Source: Klebsormidium nitens (lineage: Eukaryota; Plantae; Klebsormidiophyceae). From it: a stretch of DNA of 64,000 nucleotides. How positions within the stretch are numbered: the first letter of the stretch is position 1; every line of letters starts with the position of its first letter. The DNA is taken from positions 15,126 through 79,125 of the forward strand of contig DF237385.1 in the NCBI GenBank assembly GCA_000708835.1, written 5' to 3'. Below the pieces are notes generated by a model. That model did no database searches and was not told where the DNA came from. It saw only the letters and a program-made list of their open reading frames with translations. A program made the position numbers and the translations under genes. Of the stretch, positions 51,601 through 63,307 are shown piece after piece.

Positions 51601-54600
51601 CATAGAGAAAGTTGCGCTGAAAGAAGTCGTCGTCGCCGTTATCCTGCGTTCAACGTCGAAAATTAGTCAGACAAGTCAAAGTAGTCATCACTTCTGACGT
51701 CGAAACAATGATGTGGCAACCCGTGAAGAAAACACGGGCCAACCAGTCTTCATCGCCGTTGTCTGCGGTTCGCCGTCGAACGTTGTATACAACGACTAAA
51801 GCAGTCGTAGTAATCGACGTTCATTTATAGATGGTGGAATTGCGCGCCATCCAGTCTGCATCGCTACAATCCTGCCTTCGGCATCAAAACTTGACCTCAG
51901 ACAAAAAGAGCAGCCGTGAAGTTAGACGTCGAAACAACGATGTGGCACCCCGTGAAAACCTCGGGCGCAAGCCACTTATCTTCGTCGATATCCTGCATTC
52001 CACGTCAAAACTTAATCCTAGACAATCAAAGCAGCCGTTGAGTTCAACATCAAATCATGAATGCAGTACCCGTAAACAAATTCCGCGCCATCCAGTCGTC
52101 GTCGCTGCATTTGCGGCCTAAGTCCAGCAGCACAGAATCGGTTCGTGCATTCAACTCGCCATGCTACCGCCAATCTCCACCCTTTGGCAGCAAAAAACAG
52201 AGAACGAAAGAAGCGGAGACACCCCCGCACCTCGAAGTGGTATACCCTATGCGAAGTAAAGATGCGTGAAGATGTGGATAATCCACTTTTTGAAGTAGTA
52301 TCAAGACAACTTGCGCACCTCAAAGAGATACGCAAAGTAGAGGTGCATAAGAACATAGATGAAGCACTAATTAGGGCAAGAAAAGGACAACTTGCGCACC
52401 TCGAAGTGGTACGCGAAGTAGAGGTGCGTGAAGATGTGGATGAAGCACAGGCCCTCCGGCTTGAGCCACGTGGCAACCCTCCTGAGCAGCTCCTGATAGT
52501 TCTTCATGTGCTGCGGGAGAATCAGATTCCGGTCAGTGTGACGATGTTACATTTGTCCAAAGTCGGCCGTTAACCGGACTCATTCTTTGCGACACTTTAA
52601 GATCTGACCCGTCCAATGGTTAAGCTTGGTCTGTCGGACGGCCCAAGTTTTGCGGTCAGCCGTCCGATAGTTAACAATTGGTCCATCGAACGGCCCAAAT
52701 TTTGCGGTCAGCCGTCCGATGGTTAAGCTTGGTCCATCGAACGGCCCACGTTCTGCAGTCAACTGTCCGATGGTTAAGCTCGGTTCATCGAACGGCCCAA
52801 GCTTTGCAGTTGTCTTCATCAGGACTCTTGTTGCCGGCCAGGAAATGACGAAACGTGTGGATAGGTGAATCCGAGCAAAGTATGCTTAGCCTGAAAGACT
52901 TGCAGAAAGTGGTTCTGCAATACGCGCCAGGCAATGCAGTTCAAACAGTCCAGACTAAGCAGCGGATATTGCAACTCAGCAGATGCGGCATCTTAGAAGA
53001 GAGTGGACAAAACCCAACGGGCAGCTGGGCCATCAATATATGATCAGCGTTGACGCTGAGGGGTAGAATTCAACAGAGCAAGTTCAGAAGTTCGTAAAAT
53101 ATCAAAACCGAGCGAGGTTCAGAGATCACTTCAAAAGAGCATCCGAGCTCCGCTTTTCACGGCCGATATGGAAAAAGGGTGTAAGGGAGTGGGAGAAATA
53201 CCGACAAATCGTAAACGGCTCACCTCGAACATCTCGATGGACACTACCCGGTCGTACGTCCCGGGCGCATCAAATACGTTCATGTCGCACGTGAGTATCG
53301 TAAGGTTCTTTAGGCCCCTCTTCCTGCAGCCATTTAGCGAAATATCAGCTCTCATTCATCTCTTAACGGAGCGACGAAGTCTGGAAACGGATGTTGAGTG
53401 CAAAAATAAGCAGAGCAAAAGTTTGGGTCGGATCGACCCTGTTGTGCGCTCTGAAAGATGCAGTGCAAGTGTAGGTTGTAGAAGTGGTCAGAAGAAGTGT
53501 TCAGGCAACGATTCCATTCGGCTTTTCCGCTTCAGCCGACAGAACGGTACCATTCTACAAATTCTGCAATCTGCAACTTCTCTTCTTAGATCAATTGATA
53601 TACCGGCATGCCAACCAGTCCGGATAACGAGCAGGTACCCAAACCCAGGTTCAGTCCCCGGAGTGCAGTTTTTCTACACAAGCATCACATTCTCCGCTTC
53701 GTCCTCTTCCGATGGCCTCCAAATCCATCACAAGATACAGGAGCACACGTGAGCAAACGCCCGGCAACTCGCGCCACTCACTTCGCCTCCCCGTCTATGT
53801 AGTCCTTCTGCGTCGTCGAGTTGGAAACTGCGGTGACCCTGCTCCCCGGGTAATGTGCCGCCATCCACAGACTGAGCGACCCCCACCCGCAACCCAGCTC
53901 CAGAATGTCGAGCCCGTTATCTAGTCGCACCCGTTCTCCGTACATTTGCAACATGGCCTCTTCTGCCTCGTCTAGCGTGGACTTCGGCGTCGGGAAGTAA
54001 CACGAGCTGCAGAGAAAACCGCAGCGGATTTGAGCTTGCGCGCCGACCAAAGAGTAAAAGCGTCAGCGTGGCGCTGCTTCACCCGCTCAATAAACTGCCA
54101 AAGGCCCAGAAAGAGAGTCAGTAGCCAAAACAAGAACCTGCCACGTCAGCAGAAAAATCTCCCGACCTTTCTTTGCCATCTCTTTGTTAGCGATTGGCAG
54201 GACTGTTCCTAAGAAGGGCTTCAGGGGTTTCCACCAGCATGCGAGTAGAAAGCCGCTCTGCAAGTTGATTGCAGAAACAGGATGTGCTCAAGACAGCACC
54301 TCACGATCATCGAAGCGAGACAGATGAATTATTTCAGATGCATTGCAGCGTCAAGCGCTTAACAAGAATCAATGCCAAAGGAGAGAAGATGATTTGACAA
54401 CTCTCGTGCTTTTAAGCTCAGTCCGTAACACTGAGAACTGAACGCTCACCTGTACTTGAGCTGCTTCCCGAGGCAGAGCTTGTAGAATTCAGTCGGTACC
54501 TCGTAGTGCTGCTCGTTGGCTTCCTTCGTGTTCACAGCGACGGGCATCTTCTTCAGACCTGCACGAATACACAGACATGTTTCTTAGAACCGACTCAAGT

Positions 54601-56138
54601 ATCGAGCCTTGAAGAGGCAATTGCAGAGGTTTACAATGGCCGAAATCGTGTTGCAGCCATTCAATCTTCACATAACAACCTCAATTTGCAAGAAATCCGC
54701 ACGGGCAGCCAGGTCAGATTAGGACAGGGTTCCACGAAGGGTTTGGGCCAAAAAAGGCACAAGCCTCTAAGCCCACCAAATCTGGTGCGTCCATCTTTAA
54801 ATGTCGAAAGACAGACATCGCAACTTGATTTCATGCTGTACTCTAAGCAATCCTAATTCTGTGCCCCGCATACTTTTTATCATCTGCCCCTGCCCTTGCC
54901 GGCAGAGCAGTGCAAACTCGTGTAGGAGAAGTTCTACGTTCATGAAAATTGGTTTCCCTGACATATTTATTGGCGTACCATTCAAAGTTGGAAGTTATAC
55001 CAGGCTCAAACTCGTTCTGGCAAGATATCAGTCTTCAACAGGGAAGTAAGCAGGCTGCTAACGTGCAGGCTGATCTCGCAAGCGGGCTTGAGCTTGACCT
55101 AAGTCACCAGCTTTAGAAGAACGGCAGAAAAGTGAGGACATATGCGAAGAAGGCCGGTAGAAAATAATCTGACAATCAAACAAAAAGTTCTCTCACCATA
55201 TACACAATCAGACACACTGACAGCAAACTGACGCTATGGGTTGTTCTTGGCAAGAGATACTGGGGGTGTCATTCTGAATTCTCGGCATCGCTGATCTTCC
55301 TAAGCGATACGCAAGTCGACTGTAGAAGATAGATCACTTTCAATGATCTCACAGTTTTACCTTGCATTCCCAGAGCCATATATCAAGCACCACCTCTCCA
55401 TCAGAGACGAAGCCAGTTCCACCTAACAGTGGTGACAGGACACTATTGAAAGGATAATTTATGAGGGGGGACAAAACTGAGGTCGAATGTGTTTGTCCGG
55501 GCTGAAAGGAGTCTCAACAGCTGTATAGACCACCAGGGATCCAACAATGTTCCCAACGTTTTCTGCCATGGTGGTCGCACCAATATGGCGACCACTTGCA
55601 GGGTGACCACTTGTTATCAGGAAGCTTTTACGTGCAGCGCCAAATCCCAGCACTTTGACAAACACGGTTGATAGCAGACCCGAGGAATCGCTGTGACAAG
55701 TAAGACATTTAGGGGCCCTGAGGCAACACACTACTAAACAGTCAACTATTGATAACAGCATTATGTCTGCGAGAGCCGAATGAGGAACCAGAGTCACCAT
55801 CTGCACAGATCTCAGGGACATGCTACACATTCTGGTCAGCACAAAGTCGTACACCACTTTGACTCCTTCCATTGCAATCCCCAAAGCAGAGCAACATTCT
55901 CTGGAAGGACAGGGGTGAAAACTTGCAAGAATTCAGACTTGCCTGCCACAAACTTCATCAGATCCGCCAACTGCTCCTCGCATGTCTCCCTCTTGCTGAT
56001 CTTGAAGCGCAGGCCGAACAAGAAACGGATCGCCTGTCGCAGGAGAACATCGGGCAGCCAGTTGGCTTCCAGGGCCTGTAACCCCGCCTTGACGGTGGCA
56101 TTGTACGGAGCCGACCACAGAGAGGAGCTTGGCGCCAT
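48679..56138 (-). CDS. SAM-dependent methyltransferase of the cyclopropane-fatty-acyl-phospholipid synthase / coclaurine N-methyltransferase-like family (371 aa)
   Basis: Exons 55943-56138, 54450-54558, 53782-54006, 53224-53323, 52400-52510, 50770-50912, 49302-49380 and 48679-48831 total 1116 nt in frame. Motifs [62 protein letters not shown] and [23 protein letters not shown]. Confidence 0.95.
49950..50769 (-). repeat. Intronic tandem array (~172 bp period) of exon 6 3' end plus donor site
   Basis: Real donor at 50769; copies of ctggcgggtcaacggcacgcactacgg..accag|gt at 50599, 50428, 50253, ~50076 and ~49960, increasingly degenerate with distance. Confidence 0.85.
50913..52110 (-). repeat. 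Intronic tandem array (~121 bp period, 11 units) of acceptor site plus exon 6 5' start
   Basis: Plus-strand core gcgcgccatccagtcgtcgtcgccgttatcctgcattcgacgtcgaa, with the acceptor at 50913 (real), 51034, 51155, 51277, 51399, 51522, 51644, ~51763, 51872, 51993 and ~52105. Confidence 0.93.
52215..52440 (-). repeat. Three tandem copies of exon 5 3' end plus donor
   Basis: ..taccacttcgag|gtgcg donors at 52399 (real), 52318 and 52230. Confidence 0.85.
52609..52812. repeat. Minisatellite, 4 x ~51 bp, intronic
   Basis: Unit ccgtccgatggttaagcttggtccatcgaacggcccaaattttgcggtcag. Confidence 0.9.
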
Positions 56139-56395
56139 TTTTCCAGCTAGATGCACTTTCAAAGGCGTCAGGTAGCACGCTCGCCCGCATTCTGATGGGT
56201 GGCCTACCTACATTTGCAGGCACTGGCACTTTAGGCACCGCTCGAAGTGAGGGTTCGTTCCATACGAGCGGTACGGTACCAGCGCAGTGCGAGGGACCGG
56301 GTAGCCGACTGAGCTGATGTCAGCTGAACTGGGTCAAAGGGAAGACGCGAGTGCGCGCGCAGGCAAAACCGTTTTGGCCGGGATAGGCGGCGGCC

Positions 56396-56636
56396 GCCGG
56401 GTGAATACGGCGAAAGTTGAGCTGCTTGCTCAGAGGCTTCCAAGGTGAGCCAAACGTGGCGCCGGGTGAATACGGCTGTTCTTCGGGTGGCGGCGCTCAG
56501 GTGTTTTGAGCGTGGCCAATGTGGCGCCGGGTGAATATGGCAGGTGTTGGTCACCTTATAAGGTGAATGCGTTTGCGGGGAAGCTGTATGAAGCTTCACT
56601 TTCCGGAGGATGTAGGGTGCGCCAGGTGAATATGGC
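56396..56636. promoter_or_regulatory. Repeated motif GCC(G/A)GGTGAATA(C/T)GGC upstream of the methyltransferase start codon
   Basis: Copies at 56396, 56461, 56526 and 56621, plus a partial copy at 56561. The regulatory role is inferred only from position. Confidence 0.45.
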
Positions 56637-57601
56637 TGTTTATGGATGGTATCGATTTACCATCGCAGGTTAATTTGTGGTCTACATCGCAAGCAGTGGC
56701 TTGGAATCCTGTGCTACCAGGCGGAGATGCCAGACAGTGGTGCGTTGCCATGTGGGCAGAGTCCTGGAGAGAGTGGCCAATGGGAGGCAGAGACCAGCCG
56801 CTGGGCGAGAGCTGAGTGGTAGGTGATAAAGGATGATAGTCTTCAGCATTTTGATTGCCATGACTGTTGAAAGAATGAATTATAGGGTGGGTTCGGGTGG
56901 GAACAAAAAAACAATGGCGCCCGAGCGCCTCGGAAAAAGCTCAGTCCTCTAAGCTTCGTCAAGAAAGAAGGAAGGAGCTGCGCATTTTTTCGAAGTTGTG
57001 CTTCAAGTCTATCGAAGCACGACCGTCCGATGAGACGGCTGCGCGATGCGCCAATCGGCGCGCAGTCCACTAGCTTGCAACGGTACTTGAAATCAATCTT
57101 GCGCGGTACCCACCTCTTCTAGGACAAACGGCGACTCCCGTGCGGTTCCGAAAAATGTTTGGCTTCTTTGTGCCCCTTGCCGAAGTGGCAAGCGCGCTCG
57201 CCTTAAAACCAACAGGCCCGGGTGGGCCAGGGCTCGAATCCGAAGATTAGTGACTCTTTTGCCCCATCCTTTTGATGACCATTTTACGCTTACGTACCCC
57301 GGGTAGGACGACGTCACACTAGGGAACCGCGGTACCCAATGGTACCGTACCTCGGGACAGCCTCCGGTCCCTGCTCGGATGCCCAGCTTCGGTCGGTACC
57401 GCAGTGCGCTGGTCCTCGAAAGGTCTTGTATGGGGTCAAACAAATCAAGCCCTTAGCCGTCCAATGAAAGTTCTGGAGTCCTAATCTTGCCGTCCGCCTG
57501 AAGTGTCCATGCATGGCCTGCCGCCTACGCCCACTTTAAACAGGGCGTGCCCCTATATTATTAGACCCCTTTTGACAAGACAGGATTGTGCTCGGGGGAT
57601 C

Positions 57602-57662
57602 GGGGCTTGGCGTAGTGGCAGAGCGCATTGCCGCAATCCCAAAGTCAGGGTCGATTCACGGC
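57602..57662 (+). other. Degenerate tRNA-like / SINE-head-like sequence
   Basis: A-box-like tggcgtagtgg(cagagc) and B-box-like gggtcgattc about 40 nt apart; the cloverleaf stems do not pair properly. Confidence 0.25.
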
Positions 57663-60661
57663 AAAACAGGTTCCTTTGGCGTCCTTTTTGTGTGCCCCGC
57701 AGAGCGGCGCACATAGATTCACAGTGCTTTCCTTTGAGGTGAACTCGTTACGGTATCGGATTGAGTTTTCTTGATTTTAGGGATGTCCGAGTTGTACGCC
57801 CCGGACATTCCGGCGCTATGCGGCGCAAGTCCTCTGACTTCCACAGCAATATGTTGTTTAGCTGTGCTTTCCACCAGGACTCAGCTAAAAACACATGTGA
57901 CCGTACGCCGTTGCCTGAAGCCTCCAACCGGTCGCTAGACTCAAAGCCCGCGGATGAACCGTTGATTGTTTTTGGCGGTTCTATGATCGACGGTTCGCGA
58001 TTTGACGGACTGTTACCGACGGCTGCCGCTTCACATTTCGCGTCCGGTGATTACGCGTAATCAAACTCCCCTTTAATGCCAGCAAACGCCGTCACGCGTG
58101 GCATTGCCTTGTATTGACAGACGGAACGCCGAATCTAGCTTTGCATGGCGCAACTCCGAAACTCATAGCACAACCGTACGATGAAAGGACCTGGACCCAG
58201 CGCCGCCCGATTGTAGTGTCAAAATTGGAAGAGAAGGTGCGTAATCCAAATATGTAGACCATACGCAGACTTGGCTGTAATCTTCAACTAACTCCAAGCC
58301 TGTCATCAGTTTGAGGAGGCTCATGGCTGCCATCTAGCGAGGCACCTTTGCCCTAGGCAGGCCTGCGGCACGCATCGCTGCAGCTCAAAAGAGGTTCCCC
58401 ATGAATGAATGTTCTTGTTTCTTCTGCTTTGAGCTCATAGAACCACGCAAACTGCTTGTTGGGCTAATTGCAGCTTCGCAGAAGGCTTGTGAATGGAGAG
58501 CTCCTTGAGCCTTCGAAACCATACGCCATACTTTGCAGCGGGCCTTGATACAAGAGGTAGAAGTCATTTTCTGGTCTTATAAAATCACAAGCAGCTTGCT
58601 GTATGGATTCATTACAAAGTTCAAAGCTCCAACTGCATGTAGGTTGCATTGTATGAGGAGCGCCGCTGCAAACAGCACCATGCTTCCAACGAGGAGATGG
58701 TTCAGCTCGGCAGCCATTGCTAGCTGGTGGTCATTCTGACGTCATTAGATATGTCGCTGAAGTTCCCGGCCGTCCGATATACCGATCGCAACCCGGAACC
58801 GCAGAGACTGATGGAGCCAATGAGCTATGAGGAAGTCGAAAATGCAGATTCTGCGTTGCGCCTGTGAGGTGGTGGATTGCACACGGTACCTAGGTCCTAT
58901 TAGCAATGCGACCTTTCAATTCTTTATAGCACATTTCCTCATTATCAAAAACCTTGCGGCATCTGTATTGCCTTGGGACCCCCACCGGAAACGCCGGGCC
59001 CACCACCGGGTGGCCGGTACACGCGAGCGGGCTAGCGAGCGCAGTGGGCGGCGCAGCGGCCGCCAGTCGATCGAGGATTTCAACGAAGATTCCGAAATGG
59101 TGGGGCCCGAGTCTACGGTCACGATGAAGCTGACACGGACTACCGGGACTTCCGTACCGTCGGTACAATCCGCGCAGCCGGAGTTTGCTAGAGTACTTAG
59201 TAGATTTAGTATCGACGACTCTAGTACGTAGATATTGTGGGCTTCCGCGTATTTCGGGATACGGTAGAATCGTGCGCTCGGTACTCACCATGCAAGTGAC
59301 ATGCTGTGGTGCCGACATGATTTGGCGCCGAGATGGTTTGTCGCGACTCCAGCTGTCGTGAACGCCCGATGGTGTCGCGTTTCGATCCCATTTTGATTCA
59401 GTTCGTGTCGCAATCAGATGGGAGACAATATTTGGTTGTAACCATTCAAGTAGTTTCAAACAATTGTGTAGATGATGTTGAGTAGTGCTTCAGGTTCAAA
59501 GTGCATAGGTGAGTTGAGCCGGGCAAAGATGCAACTTGGGCATCCTTTGCTCTATTCAATGTAGTAAGGGATGAGATAGATATGGCGGCCAAAAAACTTG
59601 TGCAACCTAAACGATGGCCAATGTAAGTGAGTTCCCCTCGATCCATGCTAGTGATGTGGGCGTGGTAGTACTTGTATCCCCAATTATGTTCTCATTCACT
59701 GGCACTCAAGAAACGCTCTACTACATGCCTCGCGATCGCGCTAGATCATTGCGACGCAGCCACTCCGGATTCGGCCCATCAGAGTGATGTAAATGACATG
59801 TTGTGGCGCCGATATGATCTAGCGCCCAGATGTTCTTTCGCAACAGCAACCGCGACCACACATGAAGCGGCGGCGGCGACACCTGATCATGAGTCTAACT
59901 ACATATATTGCGAATGCTCATGACTCATTGATACCCGCTGTATATATCTCAATGGATATGCATGTACATATTGATTGATCATATATAATTCACAGCATGC
60001 GGCCCATATCAGTAGATCGCGGGCTGGCGTCCTGAATGGCAATGCCTGGCTCTATATGGATCTATACTAAACACACCAATTTTAAGCGGCCGCCAAACAT
60101 ACACATACCATCTCGGCCGTTCGTTGACCTGTTGCCCCCATGTGCAAGGATCGACGGCCTTGCATGAAGGCTTGATTGATACATTCAATCGTTGTCCGTA
60201 TGTCTCAGTATAAAATAGCACTAAGTGCCACTCTGATATGCATGTAATCCTGCAAGGCTTACATGCTGCTTGACAGAATTCTTTGTGTGTCATCGTCGAG
60301 CAAGGGAAAAAATGTACCGATCGAGCACCTCAATGTGGAGGTAATGTTCAATTGTCGTCTCATTCTCATTCGCACATTCGAAAAGACCCAGAACAAGCTG
60401 ATCGCTTTCGCACAAATGCATTGCCTAATGAAGAGTGACAAACTTGAAACGGACAACGGCGTTCAAGGCCCCAGAACAATTCTTGGTCCACTCCCTGCTT
60501 ACAAATTCTCACACAAAGAAGTCGTCGTCAATGTGTTATTGAGATGCTCGTGTATTGTGCACATGTCTCCCCTTTCCTGGCTGATGCAGTTCTCCATATA
60601 CGTATTCGTCCTCGATGTAGTTGTCTAAAACCTCAGCGCTGCCGTCTCCCATAGCCCTGCA

Positions 60662-63307
60662 CTACGCTTCAAACTCGTATTTCAGAAGGACAGATCGTTG
60701 GCCGACAATCGGGAGATAGCTCGCCAGCCCGTTCTTATCCACGATCACGAGGTCGTTCTGCGACTTGACGAAGTCCTTCACTTTGTCGTGAAAGTCGCAA
60801 GAAGCAATGATGACGTAGATGACCCGGTACTCCTTTTCGTAAAGGACCATCTGCTTCTTTACGCCTTCGTACCAGCTTTGGACGAATTTCAACCCCAGCA
60901 TCGTTGCCGTTAGGAGCCGCTTCGCATAGACACTGAAAAGGAACTCTTTCGGCCCGCTTGGATCGCCCCTCACGTACCTCACGTCCAGGTGCGGGCACGG
61001 CAGCTTGTTTGCTCCGTCACAGAGCAGAATGCAGGAACCACCGCGGATGTCGATGAGCGTAGCCAAACCAGCGACCGCCACCTCGTGCTTGACAACGGCC
61101 TTCTGGTGACGACCGGGGTTCTCCTCTCCGCTGCATAAGCACAGGACACCATTGAGTACTGGTGTCGGAACTCCCACTATAGAAGCATTGTCACATCCCT
61201 CTGCGATTCCACTTTATTGGAAAGATCCAATGGACCAGAGCCCAATCAGTCGGCAACTCAAATTTGGCAAGCTGAATCTGTTAACCCGACTCTGGTAAAT
61301 GGGAAAAACATCAACTTTGAAACCAAAGGAAAAAAAATAACGCCCACCAGCATCTATTTGCAAACCGGGGCCGATATTCAGAAACAGCACCTGAAACCAT
61401 CAAATATTTGCGGCCCAATCACTCTGCAGCACAGTACGCCATGGTGGCGAAATTGCAATAAAAGTACGCGACAGCCTGCAGTGGTCAGGCAGGGGGACAG
61501 CAATGAAAACCTTCCGGCCAGAAATCCTGTCTCTTTAAGACTTCCCTTCGATCTCGAAAGCGTCCAACCGTCAGAGAGACCCTTGAGAAATTCAGAACGG
61601 CAATTTAAAAAAAGGAACGTAACACAACCAGAGCCCGTCAAATGGGTGTCGATGACCGACTCTCCCTCAAAAACAATCAGCAAGTGACTCCTGAATGCGA
61701 AGCAGTTGCCAATGTAAGCACATCAGACTAATTCAAATGAAGACAATCCAAGCATCACCATGGTAAGAATGTATTTCACTACAAGATAGTTCTACTTTCC
61801 ATCCAAATCAATCGTACATTTCCATCAGAACCCTCTTTCTTCTCCTGAATCTGAATCAACACACGAAAAAGTATGCAGCAATTATGAAGCAAGCTTCTTT
61901 ACCTCCGCTTTTCCGATGTCTTAAAAAAGGGAACCGCCTCGCGCAGCACCAACGGCTTCCGATGCAGCATCCGCATCCGGGCTCTCTTCAGCTCATCGTT
62001 CATGTACGCCGCGTCCCCAAAGGCTTCCCGCAGGCTCACCGTTCCGTTGCCATAACGTGAAACGACATTGGCGAGTGCGCTCTCGCGCTGCGCTATGACG
62101 TGCTCGAAGTGCGCCGGGTCAATGGGGCCCGAGGCGGGGAACTCGTACGCTGTGAGGGGGAGGGGGTAATTCACCTCCGCTACCAACTTGAAGAGACAAC
62201 GTGTTTCACACAAATCAATCGTTCAAGTCCGCCAACAACCTGGAAAGATAACGTGGTTCCAAAACACGATCGTACTAATAGCACCTCCGTGTGATGGGCC
62301 GATGGGTCCCAGTATCCGTCAAAAGCTGCTTCAGAATGGTAAACCGTTCTGTAGGCTGCCTTGACGATTTGGTCAGCACCAGCAGAAGTTAGTCAAGTTT
62401 GAGTAGACTGACAGTTAGTCAAGTAATTAGACTGACAGAGGCAGGTTTTCACTTGCTTTAATTCATGCCCAGCCGTGGCACGAGAGCCACCAGGGAAGCT
62501 CTTGACTGGCTTTTCCATGCCAGCGGCGAGCATAGATTTGTTGTTCACGAACAATGGCGATGAACCGGAACTCCAACCGAGACTCCAAATGCGGATGCTT
62601 ACAACCGAAGCAATACATGACACATGACCAGTTTTTTCCGCAATGGCGAATGTGTGCCCAGATGAAGAACTGCACCTCGTCGATTTTGAAGAGAAATGCC
62701 CTGATTTATAAGAGCTCCACAACCACACTGTCAACCAGATTCCTTGCACAACTAGTCTCTGCTAGACCAAAGGGAGCGACAATCAGGTGCCATATTTATG
62801 TAGACTCAGGAACGCCATCAAGAGGACAGTCCACAGAACATCCAGCTCACGAGACAGTCGTATCCACACCCTTCGGGCACCAACAATGTACAAATCATTA
62901 CAGACCGCTTGATCGAAGAGCTAATGTGTCTACAAGCACGCAAAACAGCAGAACGGCCGAGAGACTCTCGGATTGTCCGTCAGCGAGATGCAACTTCAAC
63001 TCTCGAAGTGTCGGCCAAGGCTGATGCCGCAAGTCTGAGACAACGAAAGCCTCTATCCAAAAGCCCAGCTTTCAGTTCCACATACCTGCACAGTTGCAGC
63101 GCAGGCGCGACGAGAGAGAAGCGCGGCGCCTTGGCGCTGTGGCGCTGATAGTAGAGGATGCCCGAGCGCATGGCCTCGTGCAGCGTGAAGAAGCACCCCG
63201 TGGATGCGCCGGCGGCGTCGACCGGGCCCACGTTGACACTGTCTGCAACTTTGTAGCCGGTCAAGAGTAGGTCGAGCAGCCCCTCAACCACGTCGCGGCC
63301 CCCGATC
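60662..63307 (-). CDS. 3' part of a multi-exon hypothetical protein resembling Crinkler-type effectors with a C-terminal restriction-endonuclease-like domain; 5' end not located
   Basis: Phase-compatible exons 63086-63307, 62285-62348, 61903-62186 and 60662-61130. The C-terminus has GANK..HLD..FSVYAK..GLKFVQSWYEGV..VIYVIIAS..DLVIVDKNGLASYL. The gene is well supported; the family assignment is tentative. Confidence 0.6.

Noticed and set aside
50913-52110. CRISPR array (conserved repeat with variable spacers)
   Set aside because: The repeat is the host exon start plus splice acceptor, the spacers are homologous to each other, the context is eukaryotic, and there are no cas genes.
58827-59459. 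Overlapping 134 and 189 aa ORFs
   Set aside because: No start context, splice support or domain; the region is palindrome-rich non-coding DNA.
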